The notes: generated from the sequence alone by a model not told the origin. A stretch of 64,000 bases of DNA from Eledone cirrhosa (GCA_964016885.1 OZ024740.1:116994001-117058000); one strand, 5' to 3'; shown: positions 27,340 to 42,914, counted from the first letter of the stretch. Numbers and translations: made by a program.

Positions 27340-29618
27340 CACCAACTGAAAAATACATAGCCCTCCACCACAGTGATATGTGCCTGGACAAAGTGGGTGA
27401 AAGATCTCCGAATCCGAGGTACAGGCTGCCTCAAGGTCCCATCGGACAGAAAAAAAATAGTGATACTTTGGATAATTAGAGAGACTCATTGAAATAGCCA
27501 TTCCAATTCGCGAGGCTCAATCTTACCGCAGCCAGTTCCGTCCCGATAATAGTGATTAGATAGATCCAGTGGATTGGGGCCGACAACATCGGAAGTCTCC
27601 ACGTTATAGGCAGGTGTTTATATAGAAATTACTGATTTCTTACATTAGTCGTCGGCCTGTTTATAAGGAGGTGTATAGTCCACTGAATGTGAACCTATAG
27701 CAGGCGTCTATAGGTTTATAGGTGCCACGCGATAACTTTGTTTATTTTATTGCAAGCTGACAAAGTGTGTATCATTTTTTTTTTAATATCCAGCGATTTT
27801 CCGGAACAAGAAGCATTTCTCGGTAAATTTTAAATAGTTTTAAATAAACCGGAATACCAGGAGAGAAACACTAGTTCTTATCTTTGCATACAGAAATATG
27901 CCATATACATACATAGAGGTATCAAAAGAAAATCGAAACACGGTCATTACCAATTAATTTAAAGTTTTGAGGGATTTAATTTTATCTTTTATCTCTATGT
28001 GGCCAAAGGACAAGAACTTGTTAGTCATCGACGCGCACATTTTTTAACGGAGCTCTGACTAGAAAACATTTGGTCACAGAATCACCGAGGGGATTTTTGC
28101 CAACAGAGAGCACTCGAATATTTGAACATCAACCCCGTTAATCTGGAGTAGGAATGAGGGTTCGTTGTTAGAGATTCTTTTTACTGTACACATACATTTC
28201 TACCCATGGCCACATCTAGTGTATGGCGGAAAGGCGAAAAGCTGGTAACAGTGATTAGTCCTTCAACATGTTTGAGGGTACAAAAGCAGGTAAAAAAGGT
28301 TAAACAGGAGAATTAACAATTAAAAAGTACCTGTTATAATTAAAACGCTACAACAGCAACTTGCCATTGGCTAGCATTGCAAACCAAAGATAAGAATTTA
28401 GACAAAATAAGAATCATTGCAGAAGTATGTCACAGAAGTAAATACCTCCTTTCTCCCAAAAATTATGAAAGAAAGGGTGTGCAATCATCTACCATAAAAA
28501 GAAGAATTTGAGGAAGACCTAGCCAATGTGTTGCAGAGTGTGTATTTCATAGACCAGGATAGGGTTTGAAGGACGAGGCGTGGAAACAAGCAGAGTTAAT
28601 GCTCGTTGCGGATTGGTAGCGTAGTTTGTGTGGTGAAAACATGTGATCACGGCCATAGAAATTGATATGCATTACATCAATACATGCAAGTGATACTTGT
28701 CGGGTGAAATCTATATGAATATCCATGTCCTGATGACCCCCCCCCCCCTCCATCCTTTGAAGGCCACTGGAGCTCTATTGCGTAGAGGAATGGAGAGGAG
28801 GTTATTCAGACTGGAGGTGCAGGGCAGAAGTCACCGTTGATGCATGTGTGGTAGTAAATGCCTATTGATGACCTCCTTTTCAGAAGAGGGGAAAAAAGGT
28901 GGAACGCAATATGAGAGGCAACAACAGCGACAAAAGCAACAAACTTCGAGGACAAAGACCATGACTGCTACTATCACTCTTTCTTGCGTGCCACCAGTCG
29001 TTTTTCTAAGAATAGTAGAGAAGGTTGGCCCATCCTCAGTGTTATAAATGCCGGATGCAGATGAAAAATTAGGACCCCCAACAAGGCGAGTGATTATTTC
29101 CTCCAGTACAGTACATTCCAGTGGATACGGACAGTAATACCATTCCATCGTCTTGCGGTGATGTGGAGGGTGTAATAAAGAAAAGAGTGAGGAAAGATGG
29201 GATTGAGCCCAGACGAAAGGCATGTCAGCTGCTGGAAGTCTTACACAAAGTGATGCACACCACATGGAGATCCTAAGTTTTATGGTAATTGGAAAGGATG
29301 TTTGGCTCTTGATTTAATACTTGACAATAGACTGACTTAATATTTTGTGTAATTAGGTAAATATGAAGAATTCAGCAATTTCTTTGAAGAACATTATGAC
29401 GAAGGAGGCTCTACGTGGTGGTTCGAACGTCAAGAGATAGCAGCCAATTTTCATCAAATCACACTTTAGCGTTAAAAAAAAAAACGAAAGAGACATTCGA
29501 TAAAATATCTGAAAAGTAACATGGATGATCATAGCAGAAATGTCTTTCGTCGTGGGTTCGCTGGATCATGGTTGACCATTGACTTAACAAAAACAACAAC
29601 AACTACAATCCCTTACAC

Positions 29619-29862
29619 CAGTGCTACTCAAAGTGGTGGTCCGCTAAGGAATCATTTGAGGAATTTTTTTTATTACTTTTTTATATGTTTTGATATTGTA
29701 TTATTTGTTTACAAAATAAATAGAAGATAAAAAAATGGCCAACTATTATTATATTCATTATATTTCCAGTATAAATTAATATTACTACGAAATATTAACG
29801 GTACGTGGCACATTGAAAAAAAAAATGCTGGTCCGCCACATCAGATAGTTTGAGAAGCACTG
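29619..29862. mobile_element. hAT (Charlie/MER5-like) MITE
   Basis: TIRs CAGTGCTACTCAAA / TTTGAGAAGCACTG; perfect 8-bp TSD CCTTACAC at 29611-29618 and 29863-29870. Confidence 0.85.
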
Positions 29863-30012
29863 CCTTACACCACACTCTACCATTAAAAAAGAAAGAGACG
29901 ACTGCTTACATTTTGTAGTCCGTCTAACAACTATCCGGAAATACACTCTTGCTGAAATATCTGTAATCACAGGTCTGGTGGATCGGGTCAGACCAGGGGC
30001 TAAACAACAAAC

Positions 30013-30376
<364 letters not shown>

Positions 30377-30874
30377 GAGTCAGCAATTAAGAAATGTACA
30401 CCATACACTCACGGTTCTGCTTTTCTGCTTTAATTCTCGTGTGAAAAAAGATGATCTCGTCACTTCTTTAAACAAGCTACCACTAGTCAATTTTACTTCT
30501 CTTCAGATTCTTCCTGCCTGCCCGATATATCCATCTTGTTCGCTTACTTTTCTTAGGAACTTGTATTTATACCAGTTTGTTTCTTTGTTTCTTTCTTTCT
30601 TCCTTTCTTAATTCCTTCTCTCGCTCCCTCTCTCTTATATATATATATATCAGTTTCTGCCATTATTGTTTAACCCAAAGGCATTGCAGTTGTGTGAACT
30701 TTCATTACTAAATACAGTAGGGTGAGATTCAGGACAGGTTTGGCGCTTGTTTCTAGCAGATAAATCGACCAATTATGGGCTCTCTCCAGTATTCTGCGTA
30801 TGCTTATGCGCATGATCGTATATTTATCTCTGTAGAAGCACAACATTTCTTTCTTTCATTTGCTCTCTTTCTTC

Positions 30875-31008
<134 letters not shown>

Positions 31009-31671
31009 CGTTATTCACACACACACACACACATATATATATATTCTCATACTATCATTTCATTTTTATCTCTTCATGTCTTTCTCACTCATATCATACC
31101 AACATAAACATATAAACATATATTCAAGCATGCACACATACGCAAGCAATTATACATATATACACGTATACGTACGTACTCCTGTGTGCTTCTCTTTTTA
31201 CACTTTTAAATCTCCCTCTTCTCTCTTGCCTACTTTCTCTTTCCTCAGTAGATCTATTCCCCTCTTGCTATCCCTCATTCATCCTCTGTCTCCGTTTTAG
31301 TTTGGTAACCCCATCATTTTTAGAACTTAATCTATTTTCAATATGTCCAGGGTTCGTCTATAGGTCAGACGTAGAGGAAATACCCAAGAAAATAAAGAAA
31401 ACAAATATATGGAAATAAAAATATATAATTACAGCCAAGCTACGAGAAAAAAAATTAAAATTAAAAAAGAAGGAAACAAATGAAGGAAAAAAGAAGGAGA
31501 GATTCATTGATGAACTTGTTTAGACCTCACTCACATCATTGCCTCTGCAGCTTCGCCTTTTCTTTTACCTCGTCCTTTTTCGACGAATGAGTAATAGTTG
31601 ATTTAAGAGGAATAATTTATACTCATCTGAACTGATGGCGTCTCTGAGTAATTTATTTTTATTATTGTTGA

Positions 31672-31890
31672 TTGGTGGATTGGCAGTATCGGTAGAGCGT
31701 CAGACACCATCCTTTGCAGCATAGTGTTATAGCCCTTCATGATCTGAGTTCAAATCCCGTCGAGGTTAACTTTGCCTTTCATACGTACGGGGTCGATAGA
31801 ATAAAGTACCAGTCACGCACTGGAGTCGATTAAATCGACTTTCCCCATCCCCAAAATTTCTGGCCTTGTGCCTATATAAGAAACCATTAT
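31672..31890 (+). mobile_element. SINE family S1, full length (long variant)
   Basis: TGGCAGTATCGG A box, GAGTTCAAATCC B box, core and tail. Confidence 0.85.
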
Positions 31891-32090
31891 TGTTAGAATT
31901 CTTTGCTGTATTGCACATTGGTCCGCCCGTGGACTGTTCCTAGCATAACAATTTTCATGAGAAGTTGGAGCTTCTCTTAACCAGTCTTCATTTTTGAAGG
32001 AAGGGAGGTTACGAATGGTCTCCAACGACCCTCCAATCAGCATAACCTAGCTGATATTGAGATAGGTAGATGGATAGATATGATAGATAT

Positions 32091-32856
32091 CTTTCTTTAT
32101 TTGCCACAAGGGCGTACAAGAAATGGGACATTACAAGACGTGACGGCGGGGGTTTTACATGAAAATTGTATAAACTTAATAAATTACAATAAAATATATA
32201 TTAAAATAAAATAACAATCGAAATCCCCAATAGGAGGACGTTACCGCGGGGTTGTTTTACACCCCGTAGATAGAACAACCCTCAATACCAGGAGTACGTT
32301 TTATAGGTGTTCCCGTCTTCCCTCTTTTGTTTTCCTCAACCTACAGGTTTATATACAGAGAAGTCCCATTCACTTGGGCCATTTTCGCCACATTCACCCA
32401 CCTTTCAGCGAATTTACTGTGGTGTAGCACCTCTCTCTCCACTCTCACCTTCCTTCTGAAGTGGTATTTAAAGAAAATGATGAGTTGTTGTCCGGAGAGG
32501 AAAGTGTTTGCCCTCAGTCCGTTCAACCTCGTCCACCATATCACCTCTTTCGCCATAGCCACCAGACAAACGAAAACCGCCTCTCCTTCATTCTTAAATG
32601 AAGGCGGCGGGATGATCCTCACAATGAATTCGGCTGACAACTGGATGTGTCCCACACGTGACAGTAGCTGTTCGACATAATTCCACAGGTCGGTCACCCC
32701 TGGGCACTGAACAATTGCGTGCAGAACGGTTTCATTGTCCTGCTCGCATCCTGGACAGGTCCTTTTGGCAGGATCCCTGCCAGGGCGTCTGTGCCTGTAG
32801 ATTTTGTCTCGAACTGGTAGAGCTCCTCGGTAACACTGCCAAGCCAGTGACCTCTC
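32091..32856 (-). mobile_element. 5'-truncated Tx1-like LINE copy with a 17-bp TSD in a GATA repeat
   Basis: ORF 32341-32697 aligns with the ORF2 C-terminus at 26650-27000; identical flanks GATAGATATGATAGATA at 32073-32089 and 32857-32873. Confidence 0.9.
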
Positions 32857-34358
32857 GATAGATATGATAGATAGACAGTTATATAGATAAATAAAAAAGA
32901 TAGATGGAAAGAGAGGGGGAAGAGAACGACAGAGCAGAATCGTGGTACTCTGTTTACAGACATTAGAAGAATGAATGACGAAGCTGACTTTGAAGGAATT
33001 TGAATTCGGAGTGGAAAAAGCCGAAACAAATACCGCAAAGCCTTCAAACCGACGTCTAACGACTTTGCTAATTCGTCGCTTTTCATTTGATTTCGTCCTA
33101 GCGAATATTTCTCCAAGTCAAGGAAATAGACAATTAGTTTCTTTTGAGCAAGCATAGCGCCTCTATAGCGAGATTTTGTGACGTTTGTCTTTCTCAATGT
33201 AATACGTACCCCAAAGAAAAAGTAATGTTTTTAAGGCAAAATCGTGAAGGACGCAGCTGAGATACTTTGTCTTATTCTACATAGATGATCATTACATAAT
33301 ATTAGTTTCGTTTGACTCGATATAAAAAGCCCTTATTTTGGAAGAGAAAGTTTGTGAAATTGTGATGTTGATACTTTTCCTATCAGAATTAGAGAAGTCA
33401 GTGAAATAAAATGGTGTCAACCGGGGTCAAAATCCTATCACCATCGTATGTCCTGTTTTACGGCGCTTTTAAAGTCGATTTCTTTTCACTAAAAGATGGG
33501 AACTGTGCATCGTAAAGTTTATGTCGTTTTCAATGTTATTAAAGATATACATAAATTGAAATTACTTTTTGACTAGGAACCGGAACGATGTAGCAGACTC
33601 ATATTGCTCATCTCTCGTGCAAAACATTGCTGTTAATATTAATTTTTTATATGAACATGTTTTGTAGTGGAAAAGTACAATGAAATAAAATAATCTTAGC
33701 TTTTTACTAGTATAATTTGAAAGTCTTAAAATAAAGCCTGGTAGATTTGTTCTGGGTATAAAAGAGAACAAAGTAAGTTTTGTAAATATTTATGCACGTC
33801 AAGTCTCTGTTCCGTACAGACCGCAATTATTGCTGGTGTATTTCATTAGAATATTTGAACTTTGCACTTCATTCTGCTTGGTTGGACAAAGAAGTGTAGT
33901 GAAGTCGTCACAATCAATTATATCTTCCCATTGAATGATTGTTGTGTGCCAATGCGATAATTATTGAGGTGGATGTCTTTGGATATAACTGTCCACAGGC
34001 ATAAGCAAAGGTCTTGGAGGTAAGGGTTTCCAAGCCACCAACTCACACAAGAAGGAAAACTCTAAACTCTGTACAAACCTTCGGCGGTGCACGGTATGGC
34101 ATGCTAGTTATTTGGTGGTGCAGTACCTGAGTTGTTAAATTCCGTGACAATAAAAAATTGTCTGATGTTCAAAGAGTTCTGTGTCATTGTGTCACACATT
34201 TGCACTGATGCTTTGATATCAACAGATCCCAAGAAGTCGTCTGGTCCCCCTGTCTTTGGTGGGACTTCGGTGTCACATCGGACACAGATATCTGCAACTA
34301 AAGCTGAGATCGACAGGAGAATCCATCATACACACACACACGCACGCACGCACGCACA

Positions 34359-34466
<108 letters not shown>

Positions 34467-35094
34467 CTCTCTCTCTCTGTCTCTAAGTCTCATTGATTAG
34501 TATCTGATGACAAGCCTAAGCAAGATGACCAATAATCACGTCAACCGCAAATTTCACTTGCGAGTTTCCTTCTCTTAAAAGAATGTCGAAACAAGAACTC
34601 GGGGTACTTGACCTCCAGTGAACCTACTGCGCGCCTTGATGCAAACCACTGGGATTTCTGAGTTCCCGCGCATTGTCATATTTGTGACTAAGGATCCCAT
34701 CTACCTCGGTTTCGAAATCAGAGTGACCTTTCTCCTAGACAGATTGCCACCCGAGGTTGACTAGTTTTGTTTACTAGGATAAATAATATAGCATAATATA
34801 AGAGATAATAACAACGAGCCATTTTAAAACCATTTAATGAGGATTTAATTAGCTCTTATATTGTTCATTTTACTTTTATTTATATATTTTGCTTTTATTT
34901 ATATATTTATACTGCACTCTAAATGACTCTTTTACCTTTACCGTTAAAATTCCTGATGAAATATTGACTGAAAGTAATTAATTAATCTAAATTATCGATT
35001 ATGGGTAGTTTCTCCATGTCACTGAAACGTGCGTACAGTACAACAAAGATGCTATTAAACATTTTGTTTCCTTTAAATAAATAAATCAATCCTG

Positions 35095-35221
35095 TTTTCC
35101 ATCGAATGAAACAATTCTAGTCCTGTAGAAGACATTTCTATATTAAATTTTGTTGTATATACTCTACTAATGTATTGAGTACCTTACTTACTGTAGTTAC
35201 CCCCGAATGAACCCGGGACTC
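35095..35221 (+). mobile_element. Foldback family B, single arm with the 3' half of the hammerhead
   Basis: GAATGAAACAATTCTAGTCCTGTAGAA followed by the family B tail and (TA)n. Confidence 0.75.
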
Positions 35222-35241
35222 ATATATATATATATATATAT

Positions 35242-35410
35242 AAACAAAGAAGGTGTGGTAAGATATAATGTGTGGACCTTAATGCACCAGAGTACTCGAT
35301 ACTTAGAGTAGTAGAGTGGGTAATAAGGAAAGAGTCAGGACCCCGACGGCTGAGGTCCGGCCGTTTTGAGAGCTAGATCTGAACTTACCCGTCGGGGTCC
35401 TGATTATTTT

Positions 35411-35413
<3 letters not shown>
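35242..35413 (-). mobile_element. Foldback family A (subfamily 2), asymmetric copy in (TA)n
   Basis: Long arm homologous to 62757-62896; short inverted arm CCGTCGGGGTCCTGATTATTTTCC|TATA. Confidence 0.75.
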
Positions 35414-35480
<67 letters not shown>

Positions 35481-35926
35481 TACATATATCGCGTGAAAGA
35501 AAATCGGGTAGTGGATAACAACTGCAATTATAAGGTCGAGGATTCGTTTCCTGGACCAAGATGTGGGTTGAGTTCTTGAGTAAAATATTTTGAGCAATAT
35601 ATAACGATAAACAGGCGAAACACCAGAGTAAGAAGACTCGTTATTTAGCCTTGATATAATGAATATTCAAACGCTACTTCGGTATTGAGTAATCTTTTCT
35701 CTCAGCCGTATATATATTCAGTTGGAAATGAATTGGGACGTCACTGGTCCCAAGCTATATCAGCTTTTGCCTTTCCCTAAGACTGCATCGGAAAGGAAGG
35801 CTGGAGTGCAGGGGCTATTGCTAGTCTCCCACAAAACACCTTGCCCTGGTATCTAGGAGCTAAACTCTTTAGTCATTCGTGACTAAAATGGGTCTTAAGA
35901 CCCTTGATTATCACTAATGAGTCTTA

Positions 35927-36006
<80 letters not shown>

Positions 36007-36496
36007 ACTTAGTAAATTCGAATCTCTGGCGGTGTGCAAGCAAATTCGACCTACTATATGAATGAGTTAGCAAAGCACTCGACAAGGTAGGTCCTTAGAG
36101 TAATAACATACGTTTAAATAGCTTGACAAATTGAACATTGTGGTAGGCAAAATCTAACACACAATATCCCAAAGTAACGTAAGAACTAACAGGTTGAGAA
36201 AAATACACCTGGACAAATAAAACGTTATGCGTTTAAAGTGTTTCTATGAATCCGAAATCAAATATCAGACTTACGTAACTGGCAAGCTCGTGGTATTCAT
36301 GATCGAACAGAGGATTCAGTTCATCAACAGGTTTTCGTTCTACAAGAGAACGGGGCGATAAGCTAAATGTTGCCGCTTAGCTGCGGCGTATCGTATATTT
36401 AGTTGTTTCCAGCAAGGGAAATAACCCCCGGTTTTTGGCGGGTCATTCAAAATGTTAGACAAAGGAAATATTACAATTTCCGCTAACCATCAGATT

Positions 36497-36878
<382 letters not shown>

Positions 36879-37035
36879 TATATATATATATATATATATA
36901 ATTTGTATAATTTTGTACATAGATCTGTTGAATATGCATACCAATTCTAACACATATATATCCTAGAAACGATCGTTAAATAATGAACTTTTTTTGTTTA
37001 ATATAATTGAATTGTTTATTCATTATTTGTTTAAT

Positions 37036-37102
<67 letters not shown>

Positions 37103-37152
37103 ATTTATATATATACATATATATATATACAAATATATATATATGTATATAT

Positions 37153-37233
<81 letters not shown>

Positions 37234-37589
37234 CCCAGGGAGTGTAACTTGGAGTTACTGTAGGTTCACTCGGATGAGGACTCGATGTTTAGGTTCACTT
37301 CAGTGTCGAGGTGTAGAGCTATACAGAGTGTATTATAGTTAAATAAGATAACATATATATACATCTATGTCTGAACTCTATAGTCTGTCTCGTGCCCGGA
37401 GTCTCAGGCCGGAATCTATTCCGGTTGCCGTGTCAGGAAGAGACAGGACGCCAATTCATCCCACGTATAAAACCGTAGCTATTGCCGGTACTCATTTCCA
37501 GCTGAGTATACTAGAGCAACATGAAATGAAGTGTTTTGCACAAGAAAACAACACATTCCAACATAGTCCAACACTTACACGAATAGGCC

Positions 37590-37727
37590 ACGCGATACTT
37601 GGGGTAGTACAGAGGGTAATATGAAAAACTCGGAACCCCGCCGCCTGAGCTCCTGACGTTACAACATGTTTGGATCTAGCTGTTGAAACGGCAGCAGTTC
37701 AGCCGTCGGGGTCCCGAATTTTTCATA
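37590..37727. mobile_element. Foldback family A, diverged copy
   Basis: GAAACGGCAGCAGTTCAGCCGTCGGGGTC with an inverted counterpart upstream; ends TTTTTC|ATATA. Confidence 0.65.
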
Positions 37728-37790
37728 TATATATATACATATATATATGACCGTGTGTGTGTGTGTGTGCGTGTGTGTGTGTGGGGGGGG

Positions 37791-37968
37791 TGAGTCACGA
37801 GTTCAATAGTGGGTAACCACAGTAAGTAAGGTACTCAATACATTAGTAGAGTGTAAAAAAACATCACATTAAATATACAAAGTTTTCTCCAGGACTAGAA
37901 ATGTTTCATTCGAAAGAAATCATCATCTTTCGAATGTTATAGTCTTGTAGAAGTCATTTTTATATTAA
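37791..37968 (-). mobile_element. Foldback family B, diverged copy with partial inversion
   Basis: Homologous to 47935-48145; minus strand TGATGATTTCTTTCGAATGAAAC; short inverted arm TAGTCTTGTAGAAG. Confidence 0.7.
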
Positions 37969-37969
37969 C

Positions 37970-38832
37970 CTAGCAGTAAAGCCCGGCGTTGCTCGGGGCT
38001 ACTCAGTAGCTGTGTTAAAGTTACAATGTTAAGTTCCTTTCTTGGCTTAAAAACTGTAGAGTCTACAGTGTAGACTTTCATGTGGTACTTTTGATTAATA
38101 TTCCCTCAACTAACAGTATGCCTTATGAAGTTAAGAAAACATAACCATAACCCGATATGTTAAAACAAAAGAGGATACTGGGGGTAAAAACTGCACTGGT
38201 AATCTATTAACAAAAATCGAAAATGTAAACACTGCAAAACTTGTCTCAGAGAAAAGCATCAGCGTAACAATTTTGAAACAAAGAAATTGGATGGACATGA
38301 AAAACATAAAAAAATGCGTTATCTGTCTGTCGTTTAAAATCATCGCTACTAAATGAAAATCTCATAAGGCTTTATTCGAAATTATATATATAGATCAATG
38401 CTTTTTTTACAAAATATTTGCTTGTTTTACGGTGTATTCAAATAGGCTTGTTTTCAAGTAAAAATATTGTTTTAAAATACTTTTTAATGGAAATGAAGCA
38501 AAATGGAAGCTTAATGTTGAAACTTCGAACTCATGAATTTTGCAGGTTAAAATTTTGCTGGCCCGAAAGTTGTTCGCATATTTTTGTACTTTTGCACGCC
38601 GTATATTCGTAACGTAAATAGATAGACAGAATGACGCCATAAAAGGGAAATTACAAATTCGATTTTTGCACTTAGCGTGGGTCGATTTGAAAATTTACTT
38701 GACCGATGTCTCCGCGGGACCTTCATCTATAAAGGTAGCAATTTCACCGAAATTTGAACGTACGGTTTAGGAGAAGATGTCTGCCGACCGTTTTAGTAGA
38801 CAGACAGACAACCTCAGTTTTATATATAGAGA
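37970..38832 (-). mobile_element. Non-autonomous Helitron (about 860 bp)
   Basis: Minus strand begins A|TCTCTATATATAAAAACTGAGG followed by (GTCT)n and ends with the hairpin CCCGAGCAACGCCGGG plus CTAG; the 3' flank is G rather than the canonical T. Confidence 0.75.
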
Positions 38833-38837
38833 TTTGC

Positions 38838-38904
<67 letters not shown>

Positions 38905-38930
38905 AATGTGTGTATGTATGTTTGTATGTA

Positions 38931-39016
<86 letters not shown>

Positions 39017-39189
39017 TATATATATTCATATACACACATATATATATATATATGTGTATATATGTATATATATATATATGTGTATATATATATATATATA
39101 TATTGATATATATATATATTGATATATATATATATATATACACACACACTTACATACAAACATACATATGAATGTATGTTTGTATGTAA

Positions 39190-39239
<50 letters not shown>

Positions 39240-39417
39240 GAGAGGTATAGAGATTGTTTTAGCAAGAAGCTAACGGCATTCTATAACATATATGCGACTA
39301 TAACGTCAAGATGGGAAAAGTAGTTAACGAAAGATTTAGGAAAAATAACTCAAACTCATCTCAAAAGAGAATCAGGATATAAATTCATCCACAGAATTTA
39401 GTAAAATCCAGGGAAAA

Positions 39418-39487
<70 letters not shown>

Positions 39488-39494
39488 CATACAT

Positions 39495-39559
<65 letters not shown>

Positions 39560-39572
39560 TATATATATATGA

Positions 39573-39607
<35 letters not shown>

Positions 39608-39715
39608 TATATACATATATACACACATATATATATATATATATATATTCATATATATATATATATATACTTACATACAAACATACATACATACACACAT
39701 TTATTACATATATAT
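38838..39715. repeat. (TA)n-dominated microsatellite field with internal inverted duplications
   Basis: Read directly; motif ATGTATGTTTGTATGTAAGT occurs four times in alternating orientation. Confidence 0.9.
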
Positions 39716-39719
39716 ATAA

Positions 39720-39936
39720 GGGCGGTGGATTGGCAGTATCGGTAGAGGGTCGGACGCCATGCTTTGACGCATTGAGTTACGGCCCTTGCCATTTTGAGTT
39801 GAAATCCCGCTGAAGTTAACTTTGCCTTTCATCCTTACGGGGTCAATAAAATAAAGTACCAGTAATACAGTACCAGTAATAAAGTAGCAGTAATACACTG
39901 CGTAATTGGTGGCCTTGTGCCAAAAGTAGAAACAAT

Positions 39937-39997
<61 letters not shown>

Positions 39998-40230
39998 TGA
40001 AGAGTCGGATCCCGACAGCTGAGCCCTTGTCGTTTCAACAGCTAGGTGGATTGGCAGTATCGGTCGAGGGTCGGACGCCGTGCTTTCCAGCATAGTTACG
40101 TCCCTTTACGATCTGAGTTCAAATCCCGCCGAGGTTAACTTTGCCTTTCATCCTTACGGGGTCGATAAAATAAAGTACCAGTAATGCACTGGATAATTGC
40201 TGGCCTTGTGCCTAAACTAGAAACAATTAT
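39720..40230 (+). mobile_element. Two S1 SINEs (39720-39938 and 40046-40230) around (TA)n and a family A fragment (39996-40046)
   Basis: Both have A box, B box, core and tail; the middle piece CCCGACAGCTGAGCCCTTGTCGTTTCAACAGCTAG matches family A. Confidence 0.85.
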
Positions 40231-40330
40231 ATTTATATACAGTATATAATACACACACACACACACACACATATCTATCTGTCTGTCTGTCCGTCTGTCT
40301 ATCTATCTTATCTGTCTCTCTGTATGTCTC

Positions 40331-40386
<56 letters not shown>

Positions 40387-40739
40387 CATGTATACATATT
40401 TCTATTCCTATTTCTATATATATTTTTGAGAGGTATTCGTCCTAATACTCTCTGAAAATAAATATACATCTATCATCTATAACTAACAGGCATTCACTCA
40501 AATATTCTTACACACACACACTCAAAATATATGTTTAAATAACATACATACATATATACACGCATACATACACAGATATATACATACATAATACATACAT
40601 ATACTTGTGAGTTTGTGTGTTTGCTTGTTTGAATGTGTCTGTGTTTTTTGTTCTGACAACCAATTCACACGTAGGCACACATACTAAAATACACACACTC
40701 ACACACATACAAACATAGACACACGCTGTGACGCACAGA

Positions 40740-40838
<99 letters not shown>

Positions 40839-41492
40839 GCAGACAACATATTCTGCTATCAACTGTCTGCTACTTATTTATCTCTCCGCTCTGTTGTTGA
40901 CAGTGAAATTCCTGCTGATGTAGGCTGGCTTGTTTAGAAAACAGTTTAGCTATGGCATTATAGCAGTGGAGATTTCATGTCATTTGACATACACCTTTAG
41001 AATTCACATGTTAATTTTTACAAAATATTTACTTAAGAAATATTTGCTCTTATGTTCTAGTTTTTGCGGCTTGGTTTTAAATTATTGTATTCTTTCTTTA
41101 CTTTTTTTTTGTCAGTAATTGTAACTCTATGCTTTTTATTACTATGGTTGTTTTTAGAATCTAAATTGAAATAAAACTTATTCATAAAGTTATAAATGTA
41201 TGTTAGCGTGTTTGCCTGTTTCTTCTTTTAATTCTATTATAAATTTGCATAAAGAACATATAAGTATATATTTGTTCATATAGATATATGCTAATATACA
41301 GGCTTACATACTCACATATATATAATAATAATGTATACACCCCCGTCCTCGACACCCATACACACGCAGACACACAGACACACAGACACACGCACACACA
41401 CATATATATATATTATCTACCATTTAAATTGGTTTGATTACTAATGGGTAGAACTCGTGGTTCTGGTATGTATACATATATATACTTACATA

Positions 41493-41591
<99 letters not shown>

Positions 41592-41718
41592 CATATATAT
41601 GTATATATATATATATATACATATATGTGTGTGTGTGTGTGCGTGTGTGTGTATGTATGTATGTATATAACTGGCCTTGATAATTATATTCAAACAATTC
41701 GTACCCCCCTCTCTCTAC

Positions 41719-41799
<81 letters not shown>

Positions 41800-41892
41800 A
41801 AATTAAATTAAGGGTTGTCATGTCTGAGAGACATGTGCCATATCCACTGCAGAATAAGCTCAAAGATTCCAATGAATAGATCCGAGGATTTT

Positions 41893-42190
41893 ATATCAAC
41901 TAGAAATAGATTGACATATATATATATAAGATAAACATATGAAACAATCACAGGGAATAATTTGTAAAGTGTGTAAGCACACATAACTAGGTAGGTAACT
42001 AATTAAAGTTTAAATATAGATACCTTTTAAAATGATTAATCATTTTAAAAGGAATCTATATTTGAAGTTCTAGTTAAAATTTAATTAGTTACCTACCTAG
42101 TTATGTGTGCTTACACACTTTACAAATTATTCTATGTGATTGTTTCATATGTTTATTTCATATATATATACATGGCAATCTATTTCTAGT

Positions 42191-42197
<7 letters not shown>
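41893..42197. repeat. Foldback of about 300 bp (family E) next to (TA)n, with a third partial arm at 42258-42315
   Basis: Inverted repeat centred at 42037/42038 (GATTAATC); arms nearly identical apart from a short indel. Confidence 0.85.
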
Positions 42198-42264
<67 letters not shown>

Positions 42265-42621
42265 ACTAGAAATAGATTGACATGTATATATATGAGATAA
42301 ACATATGAAACAATATATATATATTTGAATATATATATATATATATATATATTTGAAAAGGGGGTAATGTTTTATAAAAAATCAAAGGTTATACAAAAAA
42401 AGTAAGAAAGGAGAAGCACGGCGGGATAATAAAAGAATCGTTTTTTCTTCTTTAATCAAAGAAAGTGTTAATTTTGAAAATAGGAAAAAATATTTAAAAA
42501 AAAGGTTTCATAAATTATATAAAGTATTATATAAATTATATGTTTATATATATGACAGAATCTCAAAATATATACAATATATATTTCATTGTGACCACGA
42601 TATCTAATTTTCTGAAACATT

Positions 42622-42673
<52 letters not shown>

Positions 42674-42675
<2 letters not shown>

Positions 42676-42861
42676 CGAAGGAAATGTGGTAAGGAACCAG
42701 GTGGACCATAACGCACCAAAGTACTCAATACTTGAGGTAGTAGAGTGGGTAATAGGAACCAGTAAGACCCCGACAGCTGAGCTCAAGCCGTTTCGACGGC
42801 TAATTCTGGCAGAATTAGCCGTCGAAACGGCTTGAGCTCAGCTGTCGGGGTCTTACTGGTT

Positions 42862-42865
<4 letters not shown>
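42674..42865. mobile_element. Foldback family A, asymmetric copy in (TA)n
   Basis: Long left arm, centre 42809, short right arm ending GGTTCC|TATATA. Confidence 0.85.
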
Positions 42866-42913
<48 letters not shown>

Positions 42914-42914
42914 G

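Noticed and set aside
27340-29280. More complex sequence with 68-144 aa ORFs
   Set aside because: No motif I can recognise; probably decayed transposon fragments, needs BLASTx.
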